Source: a bacterium
Lineage (GTDB): Bacteria > Zhuqueibacterota > Zhuqueibacteria > Zhuqueibacterales > Zhuqueibacteraceae
Assembly (NCBI GenBank): GCA_044869275.1
Contig: JBIOXB010000179.1
Location: 1 to 32,277 of the forward strand
Direction: 5' to 3'
DNA length: 32,277 bases
The position numbers and the translations under genes were made by a program. The notes below the pieces were generated by a model. It was not told the DNA's origin, searched no databases, and saw only the letters and a program-made list of their open reading frames with translations. Positions 9,554 to 17,753 of the stretch are shown here, one piece after another; the stretch's first letter is position 1, and every line of letters starts with the position of its first letter.

Positions 9554-11929
9554 ATGCTAAGCAATAATCTTAAAATTGCGTTCCGCCATCTGTTCAAACA
9601 CAAAGGCCACGCCTGCATCAACCTCGCCGGCCTGGCCGTGGGCATGGCGTGCTGCCTGCTCATTTTACTATACGTGCAGAACGAGCTCAGCTACGATCAG
9701 TACCACCAAAAGAAGAACAGGATTTACCGCCTGGCGACGCGCATGCAAAGCGCCTCATTCGACGGTATTGCGAAAGTGAACGGCCCATGGGGTCCTGCCG
9801 TCAAAAAGGAAGTGCCGGAAGTAGAGGAGTCTGTGCGTTTTGTGATCGTAGGGCAGATTTTAGTCGGCAAAGGTGAAAAGCGTTTCTACGAGAACGAGGG
9901 TTTGTACGCCGATTCCACGGTCTTGCAGGTTTTTAGTTTTCCGCTGATTCAAGGCGACGCCCGCACCGTGCTTGCCGCACCCAACACCATCGCCGTTACC
10001 CGCCGCTTCGCGGAGAAATACTTTGGCGAGGAAAGCCCGATGGGGCAGACGCTGCTTTTTGACAATCAGACCGAGTACACCATCACCGGCTTGCTGGATA
10101 ATATTCCTGAGAATTCGCACTTCACCTTTGATTTCCTGCTGTCGATGGCCAGCCTCACACATCCGCAGCGTGACAGTTGGGTGCAATGGAATCAGTTCTA
10201 CACGTATGTTTTGCTGCGGGAAGGCGCACAAACACAAATGGTCGAAGCCAAAATTCCGGCGATTTTGCGGCAAAACATGGGCGAGGAGGCGGCCGCGCGC
10301 TATACACCATTTTTGCAGCCCATGACCAGCATTCATTTGCACTCGCATTTATTTCGCGAAATGGCGGCCAATTCCGACATCGTCTTCATCTATATTTTCT
10401 CCAGCGTCGCGTTGTTTGTTCTGATCATCGCTGCCATTAATTTCATCAACCTCAGCACGGCACAAGCCACGCGCCGCGCCAAAGAAGTCGGGGTCCGCAA
10501 AGTCTTGGGCTCGCAGCGCCAGCAGCTCATCAGACAGTTTCTCACGGAAGCGATTTTGCTGTGCTTGCTCGCGGTGCTGCTGGCGATTAGTCTGGCGGAG
10601 TTTCTGCTGCCCTCCTTCAATGCGCTGGTGGGCAAGAGCCTCGAAATTTCCTGGTTCAAGAATCCACTGCTGTGGCTGGCGGCGCTGGGATTCACCCTGC
10701 TGATCGGCGCGCTCGCCGGCAGTTATCCCGCTTTCGCTCTGTCTGCTTTCCAACCGGTGATTACGCTCAAGGGGCAAGCGGCAGGGCTGTCGAAAAAATC
10801 CGCCTCGCGCAACGGCTTGGTGGTTTTTCAGTTCGCGCTGTCCGCGTTTCTGCTCATGGCTACCGGCGTCATCTTCCGGCAAAGCCAATTCATTCGCGAA
10901 AAAAATCTTGGCTTCAACACCGAGCAAATTGTCACGATTCCGATTCAAAATCCTGCGCTCAGAAATAAATCCGAATCCATCAAACAAGAACTGTTGCAGC
11001 ACCCCAACGTGGTGCAAGTCTCGGCCTCGGCAAATTTACCCGGCGGCGGTGATTGGGGCATTCCCACACAGCCCGAAGGCGTCGCACCTGAACACGCGCC
11101 GCCCATGCGCATGCTTGTGGTTGATCATGATTTTCTGAATACGTTCGAGATCGAAATCGCCAAAGGGCGAAATTTTTCCAAGGAGATGGCCAGCGACAGC
11201 ACGCACGCGTTCATGCTGAACGAAGAGGCCGCGCGGCAATTGCACTGGGCCGAACCTCTCTCCAAAACCATTGCCATGCCCGCGATTCAGCGCGAGCGTG
11301 CGCCGGTGATCGGCGTGGTGAAGGACTTCCATTTCCGTTCATTGCACGAAAGCATCGGCCCGTTACTCATTTTCATCGCACCGCCGGATTGGCTCACGGT
11401 TTTTTCCGTGCGCCTGCGCCCGCAAAACATACCGGAGACCTTGAAATTCTTGGAAGAGAAATGGCGGGAGTTTGATCCCGATCATCCCTTTACTTATTCC
11501 TTTGTGGATGAACGCCTGGCGCGTCTTTATCAAAGCGAAGCGCGCCTGCAAGCGATGTCGGCTTACGCCGCCGGGCTGGGCATTTTCATCGCCTGCCTGG
11601 GCTTGTTTGCCTTGGTTTCATTCGCCACCGCGCAGCGCACCAAAGAAATCGGCATTCGCAAAGTGCTCGGCGCCACGGCCACGAGCATCGTGGGTTTGCT
11701 TTCTAAAGAAACTCTAAAGCTGGTGATCATAGCCAATCTCCTCGCCTGGCCCATAGCCTATTTCGTGATGAAGCGCTGGCTGCAGGATTTTGCCTATCGC
11801 ACGGAATTGCACCCGGGCATTTTTACCCTCACGGCCGTGATCACGATAGCGATCGCGTTTCTAACTGTCGGCTACCAGTCGATCAGAGCGGCATTGGCGA
11901 ATCCGGTGCAGGCGCTGCGATATGAATAA
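9554..11929 (+). CDS. MacB/FtsX-family ABC transporter permease #5 (791 aa)
   Basis: GGAG RBS; motifs INFINLSTAQA, RTKEIGIRKVLGA, ANPVQALRYE. Confidence 0.95.
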   Translation: MLSNNLKIAFRHLFKHKGHACINLAGLAVGMACCLLILLYVQNELSYDQYHQKKNRIYRLATRMQSASFDGIAKVNGPWGPAVKKEVPEVEESVRFVIVGQILVGKGEKRFYENEGLYADSTVLQVFSFPLIQGDARTVLAAPNTIAVTRRFAEKYFGEESPMGQTLLFDNQTEYTITGLLDNIPENSHFTFDFLLSMASLTHPQRDSWVQWNQFYTYVLLREGAQTQMVEAKIPAILRQNMGEEAAARYTPFLQPMTSIHLHSHLFREMAANSDIVFIYIFSSVALFVLIIAAINFINLSTAQATRRAKEVGVRKVLGSQRQQLIRQFLTEAILLCLLAVLLAISLAEFLLPSFNALVGKSLEISWFKNPLLWLAALGFTLLIGALAGSYPAFALSAFQPVITLKGQAAGLSKKSASRNGLVVFQFALSAFLLMATGVIFRQSQFIREKNLGFNTEQIVTIPIQNPALRNKSESIKQELLQHPNVVQVSASANLPGGGDWGIPTQPEGVAPEHAPPMRMLVVDHDFLNTFEIEIAKGRNFSKEMASDSTHAFMLNEEAARQLHWAEPLSKTIAMPAIQRERAPVIGVVKDFHFRSLHESIGPLLIFIAPPDWLTVFSVRLRPQNIPETLKFLEEKWREFDPDHPFTYSFVDERLARLYQSEARLQAMSAYAAGLGIFIACLGLFALVSFATAQRTKEIGIRKVLGATATSIVGLLSKETLKLVIIANLLAWPIAYFVMKRWLQDFAYRTELHPGIFTLTAVITIAIAFLTVGYQSIRAALANPVQALRYE

Positions 11930-11980
11930 ACTGCGCGCAAGTATTTTGGCGAGGAACACCCGCTGAGCAAAAGCTTGCGG
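11930..11980 (+). pseudogene. 51-bp internal relic of another permease paralog
   Basis: Translates TARKYFGEEHPLSKSLR, matching the motif at about residue 150 of every full paralog (e.g. TAARKYFGKDPPLGKTL, SAKKYFGDDDPMGKILR). Confidence 0.8.
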
Positions 11981-11985
11981 GAACG

Positions 11986-12067
11986 GCGTAACGCAAAGCG
12001 CAAAGGGCATAGCGCATAGCGCATAGCGAAGAGAGAGACGCTATGCGCCATGCTCTTTGCGCTCTGC
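11986..12067. repeat. Heptamer-built inverted repeat, family B
   Basis: gcgtaac gcaaagc gcaaagg gcatagc gcatagc gcatagc [gaagagagagac] gctatgc gccatgc tctttgc gctctgc. Confidence 0.92.
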
Positions 12068-12104
12068 CAAACCAAGATCATCAATTCAAACCAGGAGAAG
12101 CCTC

Positions 12105-12362
12105 ATGCCCACAATTTCCATCCAATTGCCCGCGATCGAAGCCGACCAGCAAGTCGAGGTCGAGGTCAAAATCAACGGCCAGAAGAAGCAATATCATTAT
12201 CGCGTCGAAATTTTCGCTTGGGAGCAATGCCCAGATCCCGCGGAAGAACGCGTGAAGTGCTTGCAGCGCATGATCACGGGATATGACAAAGAATGGCAAT
12301 TGGTGCAAATTGGCGCGCCTTTGGAAAAATCGATTCCGATTATGTTCAAGCAAAAGCATTGA
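12105..12362 (+). CDS. Small soluble hypothetical protein (85 aa)
   Basis: AGGAG RBS at 12093-12097, ATG 12105; MPTISIQLPAIEADQQVEVEVKINGQKKQYHYRVEIFAWE... has protein-like composition and fills the gap between two hairpins. Confidence 0.8.
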   Translation: MPTISIQLPAIEADQQVEVEVKINGQKKQYHYRVEIFAWEQCPDPAEERVKCLQRMITGYDKEWQLVQIGAPLEKSIPIMFKQKH

Positions 12363-12373
12363 TGGGGAAGAGA

Positions 12374-12456
12374 GCATAGCGCATAGCGCAGAGGGCAGAG
12401 CGCAGAGGCGATTCCCTCTGCGCCATGCCCTCTGCACTATGCCCTCTGCTCTCAGC
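12374..12456. repeat. Heptamer-built inverted repeat, family B
   Basis: gcatagc gcatagc gcagagg gcagagc gcagagg [cgattc] cctctgc gccatgc cctctgc actatgc cctctgc tctcagc, ending directly at the AAGGAG RBS. Confidence 0.92.
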
Positions 12457-12468
12457 AAGGAGACAACC

Positions 12469-14883
12469 GTGTTCAAAAACTACTTCAAAATCGCCTATAG
12501 GAGTTTTCTGAAATACAAAGCCTATTCGTTTATCAACATCGCCGGGCTGGCGCTCGGCTTGGCTTGCTGCATTTTGATTTTGCTTTACATACAGGATGAG
12601 CTGAGCTACGACAAATTCCACGCGCAAGCCGGGCGGATTTACCGCGTGGTGTGGGAAGAAAACCAGGAAGGCCGTGTGCGGCGCCTGGCCAGTACATTTG
12701 CGCCTTTGACGCCGGCGTTGCGCGCCGAATTTCCTGAAATCTCGCAGATGGTGCGGCTGTTCCCTTACGGCGCCACCGTGGCGCGCGATCAAGAGCGGCG
12801 CTTTCAGGAAAGCCGCTTTCTCTTTGTGGATTCGACCTTTTTCGAGGTTTTTGATTTTCCCTGGCAGCGAGGAGAGGCGCGCACGGCGCTGCACGGGCCG
12901 AATTCCTTGGTGCTCACCGCAGCGAGCGCCAAAAAATATTTTGGCGACGATGACCCCATGGGGAAGATTCTGCGCGTGGAGAACAATCAGGATTTCGAAG
13001 TGACTGGCGTTCTGCAGAACGTGCCCTCCCATTCGCATTTCGATTTCGACTTCCTCGCCAATCTCAACGGCGTTAAAGCCATTTTAGGGCCGTGGGTGCT
13101 GCAAAGGGGCTGGTACTACCCGCCCATGTACACGTATATTTTGCTCCCGCCGCACGCCTCCCCGGAAAAAATTGCCGGCCGTTTGCCCGAATTTGTGCAG
13201 AAATATTTCCCCAAGAATCTCGCTTCGTATACCAAACTGCAACTACAGCCTCTGGCCGCCATTCATCTTTATTCCGATTTGGAAGATGAAATCGCGCCCA
13301 CGAGCAGCATCGCATACGTTTACATTTTTTCGGCGATTGCCGCCTTCATTCTGTTGATCGCGTGCATCAATTTCATGAATCTCGCCACCGCGCGTTCCGC
13401 GACGCGCGCGCGCGAAGTGGGTCTGCGCAAAGTCGTGGGCGCGGAAAGATCGCAATTGATTGGCCAGTTTTTGGGCGAGTCTTTGCTGTGCGCCGTGCTG
13501 GCTTTGTTCTTCGCGCTGATGCTCGTCGAAGTCTTTCTGCCAATGTTCAACACGCTTTCGGCCAAGCAACTTGATTTGAATCTTGGCCGCAATGGGACGA
13601 TCGTGCTCGGCATGCTGGCGCTGGCGTTGGTCGCGGGAATCCTGGGCGGAAGTTATCCGGCTCTTTTCCTTGCGCGCTTTCGCCCGGTGCAGGCTTTGAA
13701 AGGCCAGGCGCTGGCGAGTCCGGCAGGGCGCACGCCCCTGCGCCTGCGCGCTCTGCTCGTGATCGTGCAGTTCGCCGTTTCCGTGGTGTTGCTGATCGTG
13801 ACCTGGGTGGTGCAGGAACAGTTGCAGTTCATTCAGAACCGGCGTTTGGGTTTCGACAAATCGCACATACTCGTGATCCCGATCAAAGATGAAGCAGTGC
13901 AGCAGAATTTTGCCGCGATCAAGAACAACTTTTCGTCCCTTTCCGGCATTTCCCGGATCTCCGCGATCTCGAATTTTCCCTGGGAAAAAGGCTACTACGA
14001 CTTTTTCGTGCGTGCCGAGGGCATGCGTGCGGAAGAGAAATTCAATATGCCGACATTGCTGGTTGATTATGATTTCATTCCCGCGTTCGGAATGGAAATC
14101 GTCGCGGGGAGGGATTTTTCAAAAGAGCACGCCACCGATGCGCAGCAAGCGTTCATCCTCAATGAAACCGCCGTTAAAAAATTGGGCTGGCAGGTGGCGG
14201 TGGACAAGAAAATCGAGATGGAGGCCGTGTCCGCGGGAAAACCGCGCACAGGCAGAGTCATTGGCGTGGTCAAAGATTTTCACTTGCGCTCGCTGCATCA
14301 CACCGTCGAGCCGCTGGCCCTGCTGCTCGCGCCGGCGCCGTACTACCTCGACAACATGGCGATTCGCCTCGAGGCGCAAAATATTCCGCACACGCTTTCC
14401 GCTTTGGAACGCAAGTGGCGCGACCTCGTGCCGCACCGGCCGTTTGACTATTTCTTCTTGGAGGAAGCGTTCGACGCTCTCTATCGCAGGGAACGCAGGC
14501 TGGCGCAAATCTTCGGGTATTTTGCCGCACTGGCCATTTTTGTCGGAGGCCTCGGCCTGTTCGGGTTGGCTTCGTTCATGGCCGAGCAAAAGACCAAAGA
14601 GATCGGTATTCGCAAGGTGCTCGGCGCCTCGGTAGCGGGCATCGTCGCCCTGCTTGCGAAGGATCTCGTCAAGCTCGTGCTCGCCGCGAATCTCATCGCA
14701 TGGCCCGTTGCCTTTTTTGGCATGAATAAATGGCTGCAAGGCTATGCTTATCGCATCGAGATGAGCATATGGACGTTTGCCGCGGCCACCATCATCGCGT
14801 TAACCATCGCTCTGCTCACCGTCAGCTATCAAACCACCAAAGCGGCGCTGGCGAATCCGGTGGAGGCGTTGCGGTATGAATAG
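12469..14883 (+). CDS. MacB/FtsX-family ABC transporter permease #6 (~804 aa)
   Basis: GTG 12469 after AAGGAG gives (M)FKNYFKIAYRS like the paralogs; motifs IACINFMNLATARS, KTKEIGIRKVLGAS, ANPVEALRYE. Confidence 0.95.
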   Translation: MFKNYFKIAYRSFLKYKAYSFINIAGLALGLACCILILLYIQDELSYDKFHAQAGRIYRVVWEENQEGRVRRLASTFAPLTPALRAEFPEISQMVRLFPYGATVARDQERRFQESRFLFVDSTFFEVFDFPWQRGEARTALHGPNSLVLTAASAKKYFGDDDPMGKILRVENNQDFEVTGVLQNVPSHSHFDFDFLANLNGVKAILGPWVLQRGWYYPPMYTYILLPPHASPEKIAGRLPEFVQKYFPKNLASYTKLQLQPLAAIHLYSDLEDEIAPTSSIAYVYIFSAIAAFILLIACINFMNLATARSATRAREVGLRKVVGAERSQLIGQFLGESLLCAVLALFFALMLVEVFLPMFNTLSAKQLDLNLGRNGTIVLGMLALALVAGILGGSYPALFLARFRPVQALKGQALASPAGRTPLRLRALLVIVQFAVSVVLLIVTWVVQEQLQFIQNRRLGFDKSHILVIPIKDEAVQQNFAAIKNNFSSLSGISRISAISNFPWEKGYYDFFVRAEGMRAEEKFNMPTLLVDYDFIPAFGMEIVAGRDFSKEHATDAQQAFILNETAVKKLGWQVAVDKKIEMEAVSAGKPRTGRVIGVVKDFHLRSLHHTVEPLALLLAPAPYYLDNMAIRLEAQNIPHTLSALERKWRDLVPHRPFDYFFLEEAFDALYRRERRLAQIFGYFAALAIFVGGLGLFGLASFMAEQKTKEIGIRKVLGASVAGIVALLAKDLVKLVLAANLIAWPVAFFGMNKWLQGYAYRIEMSIWTFAAATIIALTIALLTVSYQTTKAALANPVEALRYE

Positions 14884-14955
14884 CAGAGCGCAAAGTGCAG
14901 AGCGCATGGCGTAAACTCACGCTTTGCGCTATGCGCTCTGCCCTCTGCTCTCAGC
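14883..14955. repeat. Heptamer-built inverted repeat, family B
   Basis: gcagagc gcaaagt gcagagc gcatggc [gtaaactcac] gctttgc gctatgc gctctgc cctctgc tctcagc, spanning stop codon to RBS. Confidence 0.92.
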
Positions 14956-14967
14956 AAGGAGACAACC

Positions 14968-17337
14968 GTGCTCAAAAACTACTTCAAAATCGCCTGGCGC
15001 AATCTGCTGCGCAAGAAGATGTATGCGTTCATCAACATTTTCGGCTTGAGCGTCGCGATTGCATGTTGCATCGTCGCTTATCTCAACTATGACTACAGCT
15101 ACGGCTTCGATGCTTTTCATAAAAATGCGGACAATATCTTTCGTGTGGAAAGCATTCGCCTCATCAATGGGCAGGAGCAACGCTGGGGCATTGCACCGTT
15201 GCCGCTAGGGCCGGCGCTCGCACAGGATTTTTCTGCCGTCGTACGCGCCGTGCGTTTTGCCAATGCAAACGCAGTATTGAGGTATCAGGACAAGGTGTTC
15301 AATGAAAACCTCCACTATGCCGATCCGGGCTTTTTTGAAATGTTCACGTTTCCCCTGAAACACGGCAGCGCGGAAGTGCTCAGCGACAAGACCAAGCTCG
15401 TGCTCAGCGAAGAATATGCGCACAAATATTTTGGCGACGAGAATCCGCTCGGCAAACAAATCACCGTGCGCTATCCGGGCGGCCAGAAACTGGATTTTAT
15501 CGTGGGCGCAGTGATACGCAAAACTCCCAAAAACTCCAGTCTCGATTTCGACGTTTTGGCCTCCGGCGAAATTTTGGTCGACGTCGGTATTGATGAGCCT
15601 CATAACTGGGCGCATTGGAACACCGCGACCTTTGTGCAAGTTCAAAATCCCGCCGGCATTGCGGCAGTGCACGCACAAATGCAAAAGTATGTCCAGGCGC
15701 AAAACTCGGCCAACCCGCAATTGCCGGTTGCCGGTTTTTATTTCGAGCCGCTGCGAGAAATTGCGTTGCGCGCAAGAGATTTGCGCGCGAATGACCTGCC
15801 CAATGGCGTTCCGCCTTCCGCCATCGCCGGCCCTTCGATCATCGGTGCACTTTTGTTGCTTATGGCCTGCTGTAACTATATGAACACCTCCATCGCCTTT
15901 TCGGCCAATCGCCTGAAAGAAATCGGCGTGCGCAAAGTCGTTGGCAGCTTGCGCAGCCAGTTGGTTGGGCAATTCCTCGGCGAGAATTTGCTGCTGTGCG
16001 CGATTTCTTTGATTCTGGCGCTGGGCTGGACGGAAGTATTGGTACCGGGTTACAACCGCATCATCACTGAAGTCGAGCTGGTGTTAAATTACTCGCAGAA
16101 TATCGGATTGTTGCTTTTTCTCGCCGCGCTGCTGCTGGCCACCGCGCTCGGCGCAGGCGCGTATCCGGCGTTTTATGTCAGCCGGTACAATCCGGTCAAT
16201 ATCATCAAAGGCCGGCAAACTGTGCTCGGTATGAACAAGCTGATGCGTGTTCTGCTTGGCGTGCAATTCGCGCTGTCCATGATTGCCGTCGCCGGCAGCG
16301 TGGTGTTCGCGCAGAACGCCGACTATCAAAACAGCCTCGATCTCGGTTTTGAAAAAAGCTTATTGGCCGTGATGCCGATCGCGAATGAGAGCGAATATGA
16401 GCTTTTGCGCCATGCGATTGTTTCTCATCCCAGTGTGCTCAGCGTGTCCGGCAGCCGGAATCACATCTTTTTTTCCTGGGCGAGAAGGCAGGTGAAAAAC
16501 GAAGAGCGGGAAGCGGAAGTGCAGGTTCTTGGGGTGGGTGTTGATTACTTGAAAACCACCGGTATTCGCCTCGGGAGCGGCCGCGATTTCGATCGTGACC
16601 TGCCGACGGATGCCAGCGATGCCATTCTCATCAACCAAAAAATGGCGACGGAATTCGGATGGTATGATCCCATTGGCAAGCAAGTGGCGTTGGACAGCGC
16701 ACGTTTAAGCGTGATCGGGGTGGTGGAAGATTTTCACAACGACGGTATGTGGCGGCCCATTCAACCGGTTATGCTTCGTTTGGTCAAACCCGAAGCATAT
16801 CGTTTCTTGCAAGCGCGCGTGCATCCGGAGAATTTAGCGGCCACGGTCGTATTTTTGCGCGAGACCTGGCGGCGCCTGATCCCGGAAACGCCCTATGCCG
16901 GTTTCTTTCAAGACGAGATCATGGCCGAGTCCACCATGGTGAATCAAGAGGTGAAAACCATCTTCTTCTATGTCGCTTTGATCGCGGTGGTCATTTCAGC
17001 CATGGGATTGTTTGCGCTCGTCTCCTTGAACATCGCCAAACGCACGAAGGAAATCGGCATTCGCAAAGTCCTGGGCGCGTCGGTGGGGCACATTATTCAT
17101 CTCATCAACCGGGAATTCCTCATCCTGTTGATGATCGCGCTCGTGGGCGCTTATGCGGCGGGATATTTTGCTATCGAAGCGCTGCTGGGCAGCATCTATG
17201 CCTATCACATTCATCCCACCGTAATGGCATTTGTGATGGCAGGCGCATTGATTTTCTTCGTCGCCATTTTTACCGTTGGCTCGCAGGTGTATCGTGTGGC
17301 GACTACAAACCCGGTCAATGCCCTCCGCTATGAATAA
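14968..17337 (+). CDS. MacB/FtsX-family ABC transporter permease #7 (789 aa, more divergent subtype)
   Basis: GTG after AAGGAG; motifs ACCNYMNTSIA, RLKEIGVRKVVG, RTKEIGIRKVLGAS, TNPVNALRYE. Confidence 0.95.
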   Translation: MLKNYFKIAWRNLLRKKMYAFINIFGLSVAIACCIVAYLNYDYSYGFDAFHKNADNIFRVESIRLINGQEQRWGIAPLPLGPALAQDFSAVVRAVRFANANAVLRYQDKVFNENLHYADPGFFEMFTFPLKHGSAEVLSDKTKLVLSEEYAHKYFGDENPLGKQITVRYPGGQKLDFIVGAVIRKTPKNSSLDFDVLASGEILVDVGIDEPHNWAHWNTATFVQVQNPAGIAAVHAQMQKYVQAQNSANPQLPVAGFYFEPLREIALRARDLRANDLPNGVPPSAIAGPSIIGALLLLMACCNYMNTSIAFSANRLKEIGVRKVVGSLRSQLVGQFLGENLLLCAISLILALGWTEVLVPGYNRIITEVELVLNYSQNIGLLLFLAALLLATALGAGAYPAFYVSRYNPVNIIKGRQTVLGMNKLMRVLLGVQFALSMIAVAGSVVFAQNADYQNSLDLGFEKSLLAVMPIANESEYELLRHAIVSHPSVLSVSGSRNHIFFSWARRQVKNEEREAEVQVLGVGVDYLKTTGIRLGSGRDFDRDLPTDASDAILINQKMATEFGWYDPIGKQVALDSARLSVIGVVEDFHNDGMWRPIQPVMLRLVKPEAYRFLQARVHPENLAATVVFLRETWRRLIPETPYAGFFQDEIMAESTMVNQEVKTIFFYVALIAVVISAMGLFALVSLNIAKRTKEIGIRKVLGASVGHIIHLINREFLILLMIALVGAYAAGYFAIEALLGSIYAYHIHPTVMAFVMAGALIFFVAIFTVGSQVYRVATTNPVNALRYE

Positions 17338-17464
17338 CAGTCGGGTGGTGCTTCGAAGGTGAGATCGCACTTCCCGCCTCTCTCGGGCAGCCGCGCGGAA
17401 ACAGAAAGAACATGACCACAAGAATAAAAATGAAAAGCGCGATCGCCGGAATTTTGCCTTTCAT
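17315..17464 (-). CDS. Putative 49-aa single-pass membrane peptide
   Basis: GGAAGGAG RBS 7 nt before ATG 17464; MKGKIPAIALFIFILVVMFFLFPRGC... has a basic N-terminus and one hydrophobic helix; overlaps the permease #7 3' end by 23 bp. Confidence 0.45.
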   Translation of the reverse strand: MKGKIPAIALFIFILVVMFFLFPRGCPREAGSAISPSKHHPTVIHSGGH

Positions 17465-17642
17465 AACGATTCTCCTTCCTGCATGGCTGAGAAGCAACTG
17501 ACATTTATCCGACGTGGGGATGAAGGCAACGGACAGTGAAGAATTCACTCTGAAAAGCGCTGGCAACTCCTTATACTACATTATTGAGAAACGGTTGCGT
17601 TGCGAGCAGGGGGTATTGGCAAAGATGGAGTGATGTTTGGAC

Positions 17643-17730
17643 TGGGAGACGGGGAGAGTGGGGGATGGGGAGAGTGGGGGATGGGGAGAGTGGGGGACGG
17701 GGAGACGGGGAGACGGGGAGAGTGGGAGAT
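17643..17730. repeat. G-rich octamer tandem repeat (11 units, KGGGRGAN)
   Basis: tgggagac ggggagag tgggggat ggggagag tgggggat ggggagag tgggggac ggggagac ggggagac ggggagag tgggagat. Confidence 0.92.
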
Positions 17731-17753
17731 TGTTGGAGTTGGCGAAAGGGTCC

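Noticed and set aside
11930..12030. Programmed stop-codon readthrough of permease #5 into the in-frame relic
   Set aside because: The stop is TAA at the conserved ..LRYE terminus shared by all paralogs, and appending a periplasmic motif there makes no topological sense. A deletion scar is the simpler explanation.
12283..12468. N-terminal extension of permease #6 in the ORF track (likewise the 6854, 5690, 19194, 19580, 28875, 30599 and 31602 starts)
   Set aside because: The extensions run through repeats or neighbouring genes. Downstream starts have RBSs and match family N-termini.
714..14955. CRISPR array or integron attC sites
   Set aside because: No constant 23-47 bp repeat with unique spacers, no cas or intI gene, and no RYYYAAC/GTTRRRY cores. 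The units are 7-mer tandem palindromes.
714..14955. Rho-independent terminators as the explanation for the hairpins
   Set aside because: They are not followed by U-tracts, and they lie between co-oriented genes, often abutting the next RBS.
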